A stretch of DNA of 64,000 nucleotides from an uncultured Gemmatimonadaceae bacterium (GTDB taxonomy: Bacteria > Gemmatimonadota > Gemmatimonadetes > Gemmatimonadales > Gemmatimonadaceae): NCBI GenBank assembly GCA_963829055.1, contig CAWHHI010000019.1, positions 32,001 to 96,000 of the forward strand, read 5' to 3'. A program made the translations under genes and the position numbers. Under the pieces are notes generated by a model. The model did not search any database. It had not been told where the DNA came from and saw nothing but the letters and a program-made list of their open reading frames with translations. Below are positions 52,898 through 64,000 of this stretch, piece by piece (position 1 is the first letter of the stretch; the number at the start of each line of letters is the position of its first letter).

Positions 52898-53953
52898 CTA
52901 GGCCGCCAGCAGGTCCTCGCGACGCTCGCGCGCGTGGCCAACCTCGCGACGACGACGGTCGGGAAAGTAGCGATCGAGAAACGCGAGCAGCGCGCGCTCT
53001 TCAGGCGTGTGATCGGCGACTTTTCGTCGAGCGGTCGTCCCACGTGCGGTCCTCGCGGGTTCGATCGTCACGCCGGCGTCGATGTACCGGGCGATCACGA
53101 GCGGGTGGACATACGACGCGCGGCAGATCGCAGGCGTGTTCCCCAACTCGGCGGCGACGAGACGCGCCGCGAGCGCGACGTTACGCGCGGCCTCACGCCC
53201 ATTCGCCCCCGGCCCGATGTCTCCGAGCACGGTCGCCATGCGCAGCGTGCCGCCCCACGTGCGGAAGTCCTTCGCCGTGTAGCGCGCCGACCCGAGCGAT
53301 CGCAGGTAGTCGTTCACGTCCTGCGCGGTCAGATCGACCCAGCGATTGCCCTCGTGGTAGCGAAACAGTCGAGGGCCCGGCGTCTTCATGAGTCGCCCGA
53401 TCACGCGCGCGAGTCCGCGATCGAAGATGACCTGCCGTTGGCGGATCGATCCCTTGCCTGTGTACTCGAACTGGAGCCGTTCGCCGCGCACCGAAACGTG
53501 CGATTTGCGGAGCGTCGTCAGCCCGAACGTCCCGTTGTCGCGCTCGTACCGCTCGTTGCCCACGCGGAAGAACGCTTCGCCGATCAGCCGGACGGCAGCC
53601 GCCGCGACGGCCGTTCGCGTGAGCTCGCGAGCGTCCAGGTCTCGCGCGACGCGGCGACGGATCGCGGGCAGGTCATGACCCATGCGACGAACGCGATGAT
53701 ACTTGCGCAGTTGGCCCCGCTCGACGGCGCGGTCATGGTAGCGATACTGTCGCCGTCCGCGGGCGTCGAAGCCCCATGCCTGCACGGAAGCGGTCGCGCT
53801 CGCGGCAATGCGCACGTCGCGCCACGCTGGTGGAATGCGCAGCCGCTGTATTCGGTCCAGTGTCGCGCGCTCACGTACGACCCGCCCTGCGTGGTCGACG
53901 TACGTGAATCCTTTTTTCGGCGCGCCCCGCCGAGTGATCCACTTGTCGCCCAT
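52898..53953 (-). CDS. DNA topoisomerase IB (bacterial, poxvirus-like)
   Basis: IPPAW, GRRQYRY, FRVGNERY, KDFRTWGGT, LGNTPAICRASYV. Confidence 0.9.
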   Translation of the reverse strand: MGDKWITRRGAPKKGFTYVDHAGRVVRERATLDRIQRLRIPPAWRDVRIAASATASVQAWGFDARGRRQYRYHDRAVERGQLRKYHRVRRMGHDLPAIRRRVARDLDARELTRTAVAAAAVRLIGEAFFRVGNERYERDNGTFGLTTLRKSHVSVRGERLQFEYTGKGSIRQRQVIFDRGLARVIGRLMKTPGPRLFRYHEGNRWVDLTAQDVNDYLRSLGSARYTAKDFRTWGGTLRMATVLGDIGPGANGREAARNVALAARLVAAELGNTPAICRASYVHPLVIARYIDAGVTIEPARTARGTTARRKVADHTPEERALLAFLDRYFPDRRRREVGHARERREDLLAA

Positions 53954-54056
53954 ATGCGTCGAGCGAAGGCAAGTTCAGGTCCAGTTCCTTACATTTGAAA
54001 ACCGCGTTCGGCCCTCGCCACGTTTCCGGCGCCCCAACCTTCGACGCCTGTCCTGC

Positions 54057-54836
54057 ATGCCATACTCTGCGATCGAGCTCTCCGTTGTCGACCGCGTCGC
54101 CACGCTGACCGTCAATCGACCCGACAAGCTCAACGCGCTCAACGCAGCGACCATCGGCGAGCTCGGCGACGCGATCGACGAGATCCGTCAGCGCGATGAC
54201 ATTGGCGGTGCGATTCTCACCGGAGCCGGCCGTGCGTTCGTCGCCGGCGCCGACATCAGCGAGCTGGCGGCGCAGACTCCCATGCAGGCGAAGCAGCGTG
54301 CGCTCAGGGGTCAGCAGATTTTCCGCCGGTTCGAGACGTCACCAAAGCCGGTGATCGCCGCCGTGAATGGCTTCGCGCTCGGTGGTGGCTGCGAGCTCGC
54401 GATGTCCTGCCACCTGCGTATTGCGAGTGAGGCGGCAAAGTTCGGTCAGCCGGAGGTCAAGCTCGGCATCTGTCCCGGTTACGGCGGAACGCAGCGGCTG
54501 CCACGCCTCGTCGGAATGGGACGCGCGCTCCAGCTGTTGATGACAGGCGAGATGATCGACGCGGCCGAAGCGTTCCGGATCGGACTCGTCAATCGAGTCG
54601 TGCCGGCCGCCGAACTGCTGACCGCCGCCGACGCCCTGCTCCGCCAGATGCTCGGGAACGGTCCGCTCGCGCTTGCGTCGTGTATCGAAGCGGTGGTTCG
54701 CGGAACCGAGACGTCGTTGGAAGACGGTCTCAACCTCGAGGCGAATCACTTCGCTCTGCTGTCGGGGTCGCAGGACATGGCGGAAGGCACGCGTGCGTTC
54801 CTCGAGAAGCGCGCGCCGAATTTCGCCGGTCGATGA
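54057..54836 (+). CDS. Enoyl-CoA hydratase (crotonase family)
   Basis: NRPDKLNAL, AFVAGADI, ALGGGCELA, GQPEV..GGTQRLPRL. Confidence 0.92.
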   Translation: MPYSAIELSVVDRVATLTVNRPDKLNALNAATIGELGDAIDEIRQRDDIGGAILTGAGRAFVAGADISELAAQTPMQAKQRALRGQQIFRRFETSPKPVIAAVNGFALGGGCELAMSCHLRIASEAAKFGQPEVKLGICPGYGGTQRLPRLVGMGRALQLLMTGEMIDAAEAFRIGLVNRVVPAAELLTAADALLRQMLGNGPLALASCIEAVVRGTETSLEDGLNLEANHFALLSGSQDMAEGTRAFLEKRAPNFAGR

Positions 54837-54896
54837 ACCAGCGCCACCCGACAGCGGCCGACGGGTTGTCCTGACGTGGGATTCGACGTGTCGGGC

Positions 54897-56147
54897 ATGA
54901 CGACCGACGAGACGGCGGGACCAGTCATCCTCGAGACAATTTCGCTGCGCGATTTCAGAAATCTGGAACGCGTGCGACTCGACGTGCCGAGTGAAGGCAT
55001 GGCGATCGTCGGTGACAATGGTCATGGGAAGACGAATTTTCTCGAGGCGATCTACTACCTGCAGTTGCTGCGGTCGGCCCGCGGCGCGCGCGACCAGGAC
55101 GTCGTTCGGTTCGGCGCACAGGGATTTCACATCGCCGCCGAGGCAACCGTCGGGCGGCGCCGTACGCTGAGCGCCGCGTTCCAGCGGGCCGGCAAGCGAA
55201 AGAAGGTCGTCGTCGATGGCACCGAACCGTCGCGCCTGAGCGACGCGTTAGGCTCGTTGCCGTCCGTCATGTTCTCGCCGCGCGACGTCGACCTCGTGGC
55301 CGGCGCGCCGAGCGAGCGGCGCCGTTTCCTGGATGTGGCGCTGGCCCTGACCTCCCGCCGTTACCTCTCGGCATTGCAGCAATACCGCGCGGCGCTGGTA
55401 AGGCGGAACGCGGCGCTGAGAGACGCAGCGCGGAAGGGCGAAGCCGCGGGCGGCATCGCGCGGGCAACCGTCTGGGAGCCAGCCCTCGCGGAACATGGGG
55501 CTGTTCTTTGGGCCGGTCGCGTGGCGTGGGTGGAGCGGGTAGCGGATGATTTCGCGAAGCTCTGTGCGACCATCGGCGAGCGTGGTGACGCTCGGCTTCG
55601 ATACGTGACGTCTTCGACGACTGCGGCCATATCTGCAGGCATGTCCGTACCTGACCTCGCGAACCGACTCGCCGACTCGCTGGCCGCGCATCGCACAGCG
55701 GATCTCCGTCGTGGGCTCACGCATGCCGGACCCCATCGCGACGACCTCGAGCTCATGCTCGACAGCCATCCCCTTCGTGGGTTCGGCTCTGCCGGTCAGC
55801 AGCGCACCGCATCCATCGCGCTCCGTCTGCTCGAAGCGGCTACACTTCGTGGCGTAGGTCACGCTCCGCTCGTCCTGCTCGATGACCCCTTCGCCGAGCT
55901 CGATGTGCGACGCGCCAACAGGATTCTGGAACTGCTCGGGAGCAGCGGCGTGCCGCATCAGACGATTCTCGCCGTGCCTCGCGCCGCTGACATCCCGGCG
56001 GGCATGACATCGCTTCCGCGATTCCATGTCATGGACGGAACGGTATCGGCTGCCGGCGCGTCGGATGGGCCCGCGACGACGTCAGGCGGTGTTGCAACAC
56101 TGGAGGCGCAGGCAGCAGCCATGCACGAATCACACGAGCAATTGTGA
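54897..56147 (+). CDS. recF: DNA replication/repair protein RecF
   Basis: FRNL, GDNGHGKTN, GPHRDD, SAGQQR, LLDDPFAELD. Confidence 0.95.
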   Translation: MTTDETAGPVILETISLRDFRNLERVRLDVPSEGMAIVGDNGHGKTNFLEAIYYLQLLRSARGARDQDVVRFGAQGFHIAAEATVGRRRTLSAAFQRAGKRKKVVVDGTEPSRLSDALGSLPSVMFSPRDVDLVAGAPSERRRFLDVALALTSRRYLSALQQYRAALVRRNAALRDAARKGEAAGGIARATVWEPALAEHGAVLWAGRVAWVERVADDFAKLCATIGERGDARLRYVTSSTTAAISAGMSVPDLANRLADSLAAHRTADLRRGLTHAGPHRDDLELMLDSHPLRGFGSAGQQRTASIALRLLEAATLRGVGHAPLVLLDDPFAELDVRRANRILELLGSSGVPHQTILAVPRAADIPAGMTSLPRFHVMDGTVSAAGASDGPATTSGGVATLEAQAAAMHESHEQL

Positions 56148-56458
56148 GCGGCCCTCCACGGAAGACCCGGCCACAGCCGATCTCCGCCGCGATCTCGCAG
56201 TTCCTCGAGCAGTCGGGGCTGCGTGACCGTGTCGAGCAGGCAACGGTAGTCCCCGAGTGGCCCACGCTGGTTGGTGCCCAGATCTCGGCGGTTACTGAGC
56301 CGTTGTCAGTGACCGCGGACGGCGTGCTGTTCGTCGCCGTCCGGACGCACGCCTGGATGTCGGAGCTTTCGCTGCTCGAGCCCGAGTTGCTGGCGTCGCT
56401 GAACCGCAATGCTGATCGACCGCCCGTGCGGAAGATTCGGTGGCAATTGATGCGCTGA
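56144..56458 (+). CDS. DUF721/DciA family protein
   Basis: WPTLVG..TEP..GVLFV..WMSEL; typical recF-DUF721-gyrB order. Confidence 0.85.
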   Translation: MSGPPRKTRPQPISAAISQFLEQSGLRDRVEQATVVPEWPTLVGAQISAVTEPLSVTADGVLFVAVRTHAWMSELSLLEPELLASLNRNADRPPVRKIRWQLMR

Positions 56459-56548
56459 GGTTGCGGCCGCGAACAGGCTCGTAATTTGTTGAATGAATAG
56501 GACTTAGCTGAAGGCAGGAATCTTGCTTTCGGGGCGTCCGACGGTTAG

Positions 56549-58570
<2,022 letters not shown>

Positions 58571-58589
58571 CGCGTCGATTCAGGCACAA

Positions 58590-58634
58590 GAACAAACCCC
58601 TCGCGAGCCGCTGCGGCTCGCGAGGGGTTTGTTC
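58590..58634. terminator. Bidirectional intrinsic terminator
   Basis: Perfect 21-bp stem GAACAAACCCCTCGCGAGCCG-CTG-CGGCTCGCGAGGGGTTTGTTC between convergent genes. Confidence 0.88.
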
Positions 58635-58649
58635 GTAAGGCCGCTGAAC

Positions 58650-61467
58650 CTAACGCGGTGTTGCGCTGCGGCGAACCGCCGCCATCGCGCGACCATAGTC
58701 ATACTCACTCTGAATAGTGCCGGCCGCGCGCTCGAACGCGGGTCGCAGATTGTCGTCGATGGTGATGGCCTTCGCAAACTCCACCAGCAGGGACGCACAC
58801 TCATAGTCCGAATCGATCTTTGCGGCCGACGCGAGGACGGCCTTCGCGAGACCCGGCGTGAGGTTGCCGCGAGAGATCAGCGGCGACAATGCCCGATGGT
58901 GTTCGTAGTCGGACCCGATCTTGTCGGCTGCGGCGAAGTATGCGTCGTTCGTCGATGCGTCCAGCCCGCCGGTCTTCGCCACCTGGATCAGAAACTCCGC
59001 GAGCTCGTAGTCGGAGGAGATACGACGAGCGTCCTCGAGGAGAGCGCGTGTCACCGACGGAGTCAGATTGCCTCCAGCGAGGATCGCGGTCAGCACACGG
59101 CGATGCTCGTAGTCCGACTCGATCGAGCCAACCGCCTTGATGTAGACCGGGCGCGTATCGTCGTTCATCGCATACCGCTTGGAGACGCCAATCAGCAGCT
59201 CGGCCAGCTCATAGTCGGAACCGATCGTGCTCGCTGCCTCCAGGAGCGCCTGCACGGTCGCCGGTGCAAGACGATCCCGCTGCAGCAACGCAGTGAGTGC
59301 CCGACGGCGCTCATAGTCGGAGTCGATCTTCTTCGTCGCCGACACGAATGCGGCATGCGAGTCGTCACCGAACGCGTCGAGCTTCGCGACGGCAACGAGC
59401 AGTTCCGCGAGCTCGTAATCGGACGACATCTGGCTCCCTGCCTGCTCCACCACGCGCCGGACCTGTGCCCGATCGAGTTGGCGCATCGAGAGCAGCTTCG
59501 TGTAGTAACGACGCCGCGCATAGTCGCCACTGAGCAGCGTGATCTCTTGTAGCACGCCGTCGACGCCGGCGCGCTCGAGAATCGCGGGCACTCGCTGATC
59601 CACCGCAAACGCCGTCTGGCGCTCGAGCGTGATGATCGCATCGGCAAACCACGCGCCCGCCGCCGCGTCGTACTCGGCCTTCGCACCATTGACGAAGTAC
59701 GTGCGTTCCAGCGTCCCCGGGCTCGTCGGGCGAATCACGAGGCGCTTCGTGTCGTCCCCATCATGCTGCTCGATCGTAAACGACGCGCCGCTCGACATCG
59801 ATTCGATGTCGGTGAGATCGCGGTTGAACTTGAACTCTCCACGCGCATCCACTTCGAACGAGCAGTCGCCCTCGGACCACCGCACCTTCCACCGCTTCGA
59901 CCCGTCGTCGGTCGTGATCGAGGTAGAGCGCGAATGCTCTCCACCAGCAGCCTTGGCGCGATCGCACGGTGCTGTACGTGCGGCGGGTAACAGCGCCGTC
60001 TCCGCGGGGGCCGCCGCGACCGTGGCGAGTGCCGGCGCCGCCGTGGAAGCCGTGCTCGCATCGATCGAGACGACGCTCACTCGCGGCACTACCGTCTCGA
60101 TCGCGTCGCTCGCTGGCGATGCCGGCAGCGCGCCAGGTGCGGCGGTGCCACCAATGCCAGACACCGTTGTGCCATTGCGTGCCGGCCTGGGTTGCGCCGC
60201 AACCGCCGGGGTTGCCGCGCGCGCGGTCGCCGTTCTCGGTGTGACTGATGCAATGCTGGCCACGACAACCGAGGCGGCTACTACCGCTTGTGCCGTCGTG
60301 AGACGCGAGACGCGGCCCCGCGGACGCCGGTCGTCGAGAACGGCCATGAGCCGCCCAGCCATCTGGGACGGTCGCGCCATCGCCAGCCCGCCTAACGCGG
60401 CAGCGCCGATGACACGTGTCGATCGTGCGACGCGCAACAGATAGTCGGCGTACTCGGACGCCTTCGAACCGGCGCGCAGTACCTCGTCGTCGCAGGCTCG
60501 CTCGCGCTCAGCGCGAAGCTGCGCCGCCGCCATCCACGCGAGTGGATTGAACCAGTGAACCGCGCACGCCAACTGCGCGGTGAGCTGCGTCAGGCAATCG
60601 TACCGGCGAACGTGCGCCAGCTCGTGACGCAACACGTCGAGTCGCTGCTCGATCGTGGAATCGAAGTCATCCGCCGGCAGCAACACGATCGGGCGAAAGA
60701 CGCCCCACGTCATGGGCATGACCGCCTCGTCGGACTCGATGAAGCGGACGCGGCGACGGACGTCGAGCTCGCGCATCGCTGAAGGCACGAGGAGCGCCCA
60801 ACGGCCACCGCGCATGTCGCGCGCACGTCGCGCCACCTTCGACAGCCTGACCATGCCGACGACACACGGGATGATCGACACGATCGCGCCGAGCGCCCAC
60901 ACGACGACCAGCCACGGGATGAGCGATGGAGTCGCGGGCACAGTCTGCACGACCGCGCTCGCGGTCGCTGGCTCGCCATCGCCCCCGGCCGAGCTGATGC
61001 TCCGCGACTCGCACCACGTATGCATCGCGTTCCAGGCGCAGTACCGCCGTCGTCGCGGGCGAGGACGCCATGCGCGTAACGGCGCGCCGTCGCGGCACCG
61101 CTGTCCCGCCGACCGACACGGTACTTGGAGCGCGCGGGGCCAGCGACAACACGATGTTCGACGACGCCCCGCTGAGCGCAGGCGAAACCGTGACGGCATC
61201 CAGGCGCGGAGTCTCATTCGACAACCAGCGTGGCACCGCGATGCCCCAACGCGGAACGATCGCGGCGATCGCCGGCGCGACAAGCGCACCGGTGAGTGAC
61301 AGAGTCCAGATGAGGTGTCGCGTCGCCGCCGACGCGGCGCGCGCGACGAGCGCACACAGGGCGCCGACCATCAGGATGATCATTCCCTTTGCAAACGCGC
61401 CGATCAGCAGCGGCGCCACGCCGACGACGCTGGCGGCGTCGAGAAAGTCGTTGACATGCATGGTCAC
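58650..61467 (-). CDS. BlaR1-like M56 metallopeptidase with a C-terminal SDYE-repeat domain (frameshifted at about 61000-61130)
   Basis: SAATRHLIW in ORF 60667-61467; PMTWG, LRHELAH, WFNPLAW, ERACDD in ORF 58650-61355. Confidence 0.88.
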
Positions 61468-61853
61468 TTTCCCTCTCGTTTGGCCTTTTCGATCAACGCC
61501 GCGAGCTGTTCGGCTTCGTTGGCCGAGAGCTGGGACTCGGACATGTCGAGCAGGGCGGCAACGGCTTGCGTGGACGATCCATCAAAGAACGTCTTCACGA
61601 GCTGCCGGAGCGCCGACTGCCGCGCCGCGGTGCGTGGCACGACTGGTGAGTAGACATAACGCGGCCCATCCGCACGGTGTGTCAGGTGCCCCTTGTCCTC
61701 GAGGATCCGCAGCATCGCACGAACTGCGGAATAGCTCGGCGGGTCAGGCAGCCGCTCGAGCACGTCGGCTGCCGAGGCCGATCGCAGACCGTAGACGATC
61801 TCCATGATCTGCCGTTCGCGACGACTGAGCTGCGGCGGTTTTTTCTCGGCCAT
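61464..61853 (-). CDS. BlaI/MecI/CopY family repressor
   Basis: LSRRERQIM, YSAVRAMLRILEDKG, FFDGS. Confidence 0.93.
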   Translation of the reverse strand: MAEKKPPQLSRRERQIMEIVYGLRSASAADVLERLPDPPSYSAVRAMLRILEDKGHLTHRADGPRYVYSPVVPRTAARQSALRQLVKTFFDGSSTQAVAALLDMSESQLSANEAEQLAALIEKAKREGK

Positions 61854-61912
61854 CGAATGCGGGGTGGAGGTCAGGCAGGCGCGCGGCTGCTCAGGAACGG
61901 CACGATCGCGTA

Positions 61913-61947
61913 TGCTAACAATTTAGCAGTGTGTTAAATCTTTAGCA
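61913..61947. promoter_or_regulatory. Tandem palindromic operators upstream of the BlaI-like gene
   Basis: TGCTAA-CAAT-TTAGCA (61913-61928) and TGTTAA-ATCT-TTAGCA (61932-61947); TTGACA -35 box on minus strand at 61967-61962. Confidence 0.75.
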
Positions 61948-62166
61948 TCGGAAATCGCGGCTGTCAAGGGACGCTTCCCCGTCCGGCTGGCGCCGCGACC
62001 GAGAGGTGTGCGCGCGTTGCGCCTTCACGCATGAGCGCCGGCGAGTGACGGGCTGGACTGCCGACTGACGCCGTTATGACGCCTGAATGACTGTCAGCTA
62101 ACCGATGGCGCGTAGCGTGTCGCGTCGTGTCGGTTTCGGCGTACCTCTCTTCAACGAGGGAATCTC

Positions 62167-62695
62167 ATGAACGCCTCGCGCATCATCATCGCCTGGACAG
62201 TCCTGGGACTCTGTGCCTGCTCGGACAACCCAGCATCACCGCGTGCTCCCCTGTCGCCGGTAACGGAAGGCCCGAAGTTCGCCGCGCTCGCCTCTACCAC
62301 CAGCGACGTGTTCCCCGTCGAGATCGCGCAGTTCGTTCCGTGTGCGAATGGCGGCGCCGGCGAAATCGTGGTCGTGTCCGGCAACCTCCACCAGGTGCTG
62401 AGCACGGTCATCAGTGCGAACGGGAACATCACCGTGAGAAGCCATTTTCAGCCGCAGGGCATCTCCGGCGTCGGCCTAACGACAGGTGACAAATACCAGG
62501 CGACCGGGGTGACCGAATTCTCGGACACCTTCGGGGCGCCGTTCCCGGTCACATCGACGTTCGTCAACAACTTCCGTTTCATCGGCGCGGGCGCTGGGAA
62601 CAATCTTCTGATCCACGAAGTAGCGCACCTGACGATCAATGCGAACGGCGTCGTGAGGGTGGACCGTGGACAACTTCAGCGAGGAATGTCGCTGA
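62167..62695 (+). CDS. Putative lipoprotein (apparent +1 frameshift near 62665)
   Basis: Lipobox-like LCACS; corrected tail VDVDNFSEECR* ends just before a palindrome. Confidence 0.6.
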
Positions 62696-62737
62696 AGGCA
62701 GACCACAGAACCGCAAACGCAGTCAACGAGCGCACTC

Positions 62738-62767
62738 AGCGGGAGGCCCGACGTCGGGCCTCCCGCT
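62738..62767. terminator. Perfect 30-bp palindrome, probable terminator
   Basis: AGCGGGAGGCCCGAC|GTCGGGCCTCCCGCT followed by cagctttt. Confidence 0.7.
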
Positions 62768-62805
62768 CAGCTTTTCACGCCGGCGACTGGCCGGCATTGC
62801 TACGC

Positions 62806-63069
62806 TCAGCCGTTCCGCTTGGACTCGTCGAACAGGATCTTCGCGTACGCGAGGTGAGCGGCAATGATCCCGAGCACAGGAATCGCCGCGCTGATCCAGG
62901 TCAGCGTCGCGTGGGTGGAGTCGATGCCGCCGGTTGACGTTGGACGCGACCCGAACGCGATGAGGGCATAGAGCCCGAGTACTCCGAATCCGACACCGAC
63001 CGCGCCGAGCGCGGCGAGCTTCGCGTACTTGCGAACCGATGGCGGTGTGCGAGTGGCAGGTGCAGTCAT
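62806..63069 (-). CDS. Small two-TM membrane protein
   Basis: Two hydrophobic stretches; co-oriented downstream of pdp. Confidence 0.55.
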   Translation of the reverse strand: MTAPATRTPPSVRKYAKLAALGAVGVGFGVLGLYALIAFGSRPTSTGGIDSTHATLTWISAAIPVLGIIAAHLAYAKILFDESKRNG

Positions 63070-63088
63070 TGTCGATAATCGATCGGGG

Positions 63089-64000
63089 TCAATCGTGTTC
63101 GAAGGATGTCACGCCGTTCGCCGTGACGCGATGAGAGATGAGCGGGAGCGGCAGCTCTGCCTCGTCGGCAATGGAGATCGCCTGTCTCAACGCCGCCAGT
63201 CCGGTCTCGACGCCCGCACGGTCGCGCGCGAACACCGTGGCGAGCGGCTCGCCTTGCTGCACGACGTCTCCCGGCTTCGCGGTGATGACGAATCCGACCG
63301 ATGGGTCGACGGTATCGTCCATTCGCGTTCGCCCGCCGCCTAACGCCGTGACGCCTCGGCCCACGACGCGCGGTTCGACGCGCGCGATGACGCCCGAGCG
63401 TGACGAGAGGAACAGTTCGCACGCGCGAGCCTGCGGCAGGACCGCCGGATCGTCCACGACGCCCGGGTTACCACCCTGGGCTTCGATGATCTCCTCGAAT
63501 TTCCGCGCCGCCTTGCCGCTGGAGATTGCGACCTCCATCGCGCGCCGCGCGGCGTCGCGGTTCGCGGCGACGCCGCCCACCACCAACATCTCCGCGCCTA
63601 ACGCGTACGTCACGCCGAGCACGTCCGGCGGTCCCTCGCCGCGCAGCGTATGGATGGCCTCCTCCACCTCCAGCGCGTTGCCGCACGCGCGACCGAGGGG
63701 CCGGTCCATCGCCGTGATGAGCGCGACGACGGTGCACCCGCGATCCTCGCCGAGGTTGATCATCGTCTGCGCGAGCTCGAGCTCGCGATCGAGGTCGGGG
63801 AGGAACGCCCCCGCGCCTCGCTTCACGTCGAGCACCAGCCCCGTGAGCCCTTCCGCGAGTTTCTTGCTCATGATGCTCGCGGCGATGAGCGGGACACTCT
63901 CCACCGTCGATGTCGCGTCTCGAAGCGCGTACATCTTGCGATCGGCGGGCGCGATCTCCGCACTCTGCCCGAGCATCGCGCACCCGATCCGCTCGATCTG
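63089..64000 (-). CDS. pdp: Pyrimidine-nucleoside/thymidine phosphorylase (C-terminal part; start lies outside window)
   Basis: PADRKMYALRD, SIMSKKLAEG, LDVKRGAGAF, GNALEV. Confidence 0.93.
   Translation of the reverse strand, partial: QIERIGCAMLGQSAEIAPADRKMYALRDATSTVESVPLIAASIMSKKLAEGLTGLVLDVKRGAGAFLPDLDRELELAQTMINLGEDRGCTVVALITAMDRPLGRACGNALEVEEAIHTLRGEGPPDVLGVTYALGAEMLVVGGVAANRDAARRAMEVAISSGKAARKFEEIIEAQGGNPGVVDDPAVLPQARACELFLSSRSGVIARVEPRVVGRGVTALGGGRTRMDDTVDPSVGFVITAKPGDVVQQGEPLATVFARDRAGVETGLAALRQAISIADEAELPLPLISHRVTANGVTSFEHD

Overview
High-GC (roughly two-thirds G+C by eye) bacterial chromosome segment, most consistent with Gemmatimonadota (inferred from gene content and the atypical EF-Tu switch-I sequence). 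The left half is the core transcription/translation region on the minus strand: tRNA-Thr/Tyr/Gly/Thr, tuf, rpmG, secE, nusG, rplK/A/J/L, rpoB/C, then rpsL, rpsG, fusA, tuf, rpsJ and rplC. It is interrupted twice. An acyltransferase and a carboxypeptidase-regulatory/plug gene lie between rpoC and rpsL, and a RiPP-like cassette (PqqD/RRE, lasso B2 protease, kinase-like remnant, ABC exporter) lies between rpsG and fusA. The right half carries cysS, pspA, an erythromycin esterase, sdaAA/AB, uvrA, a cutA-macrodomain-transglutaminase-ABC operon, ccmE/F/H, UDG, glpK, mtnA, topoisomerase IB, recF-dciA-gyrB, a BlaI/M56 pair and a partial pdp. The most striking unexplained signal is the non-palindromic heptamer CCTAACG/CGTTAGG: 45 exact copies plus 4 CCTAACA by manual count, in both orientations, mostly built from rare synonymous codons inside conserved genes. 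Other observations are two EF-Tu paralogues only about 86% identical, inverted heptamer-tandem repeats and MITE-like palindromes. About ten genes, including rpoB, carry frameshifts (mostly apparent +1 insertions) that look like assembly errors.
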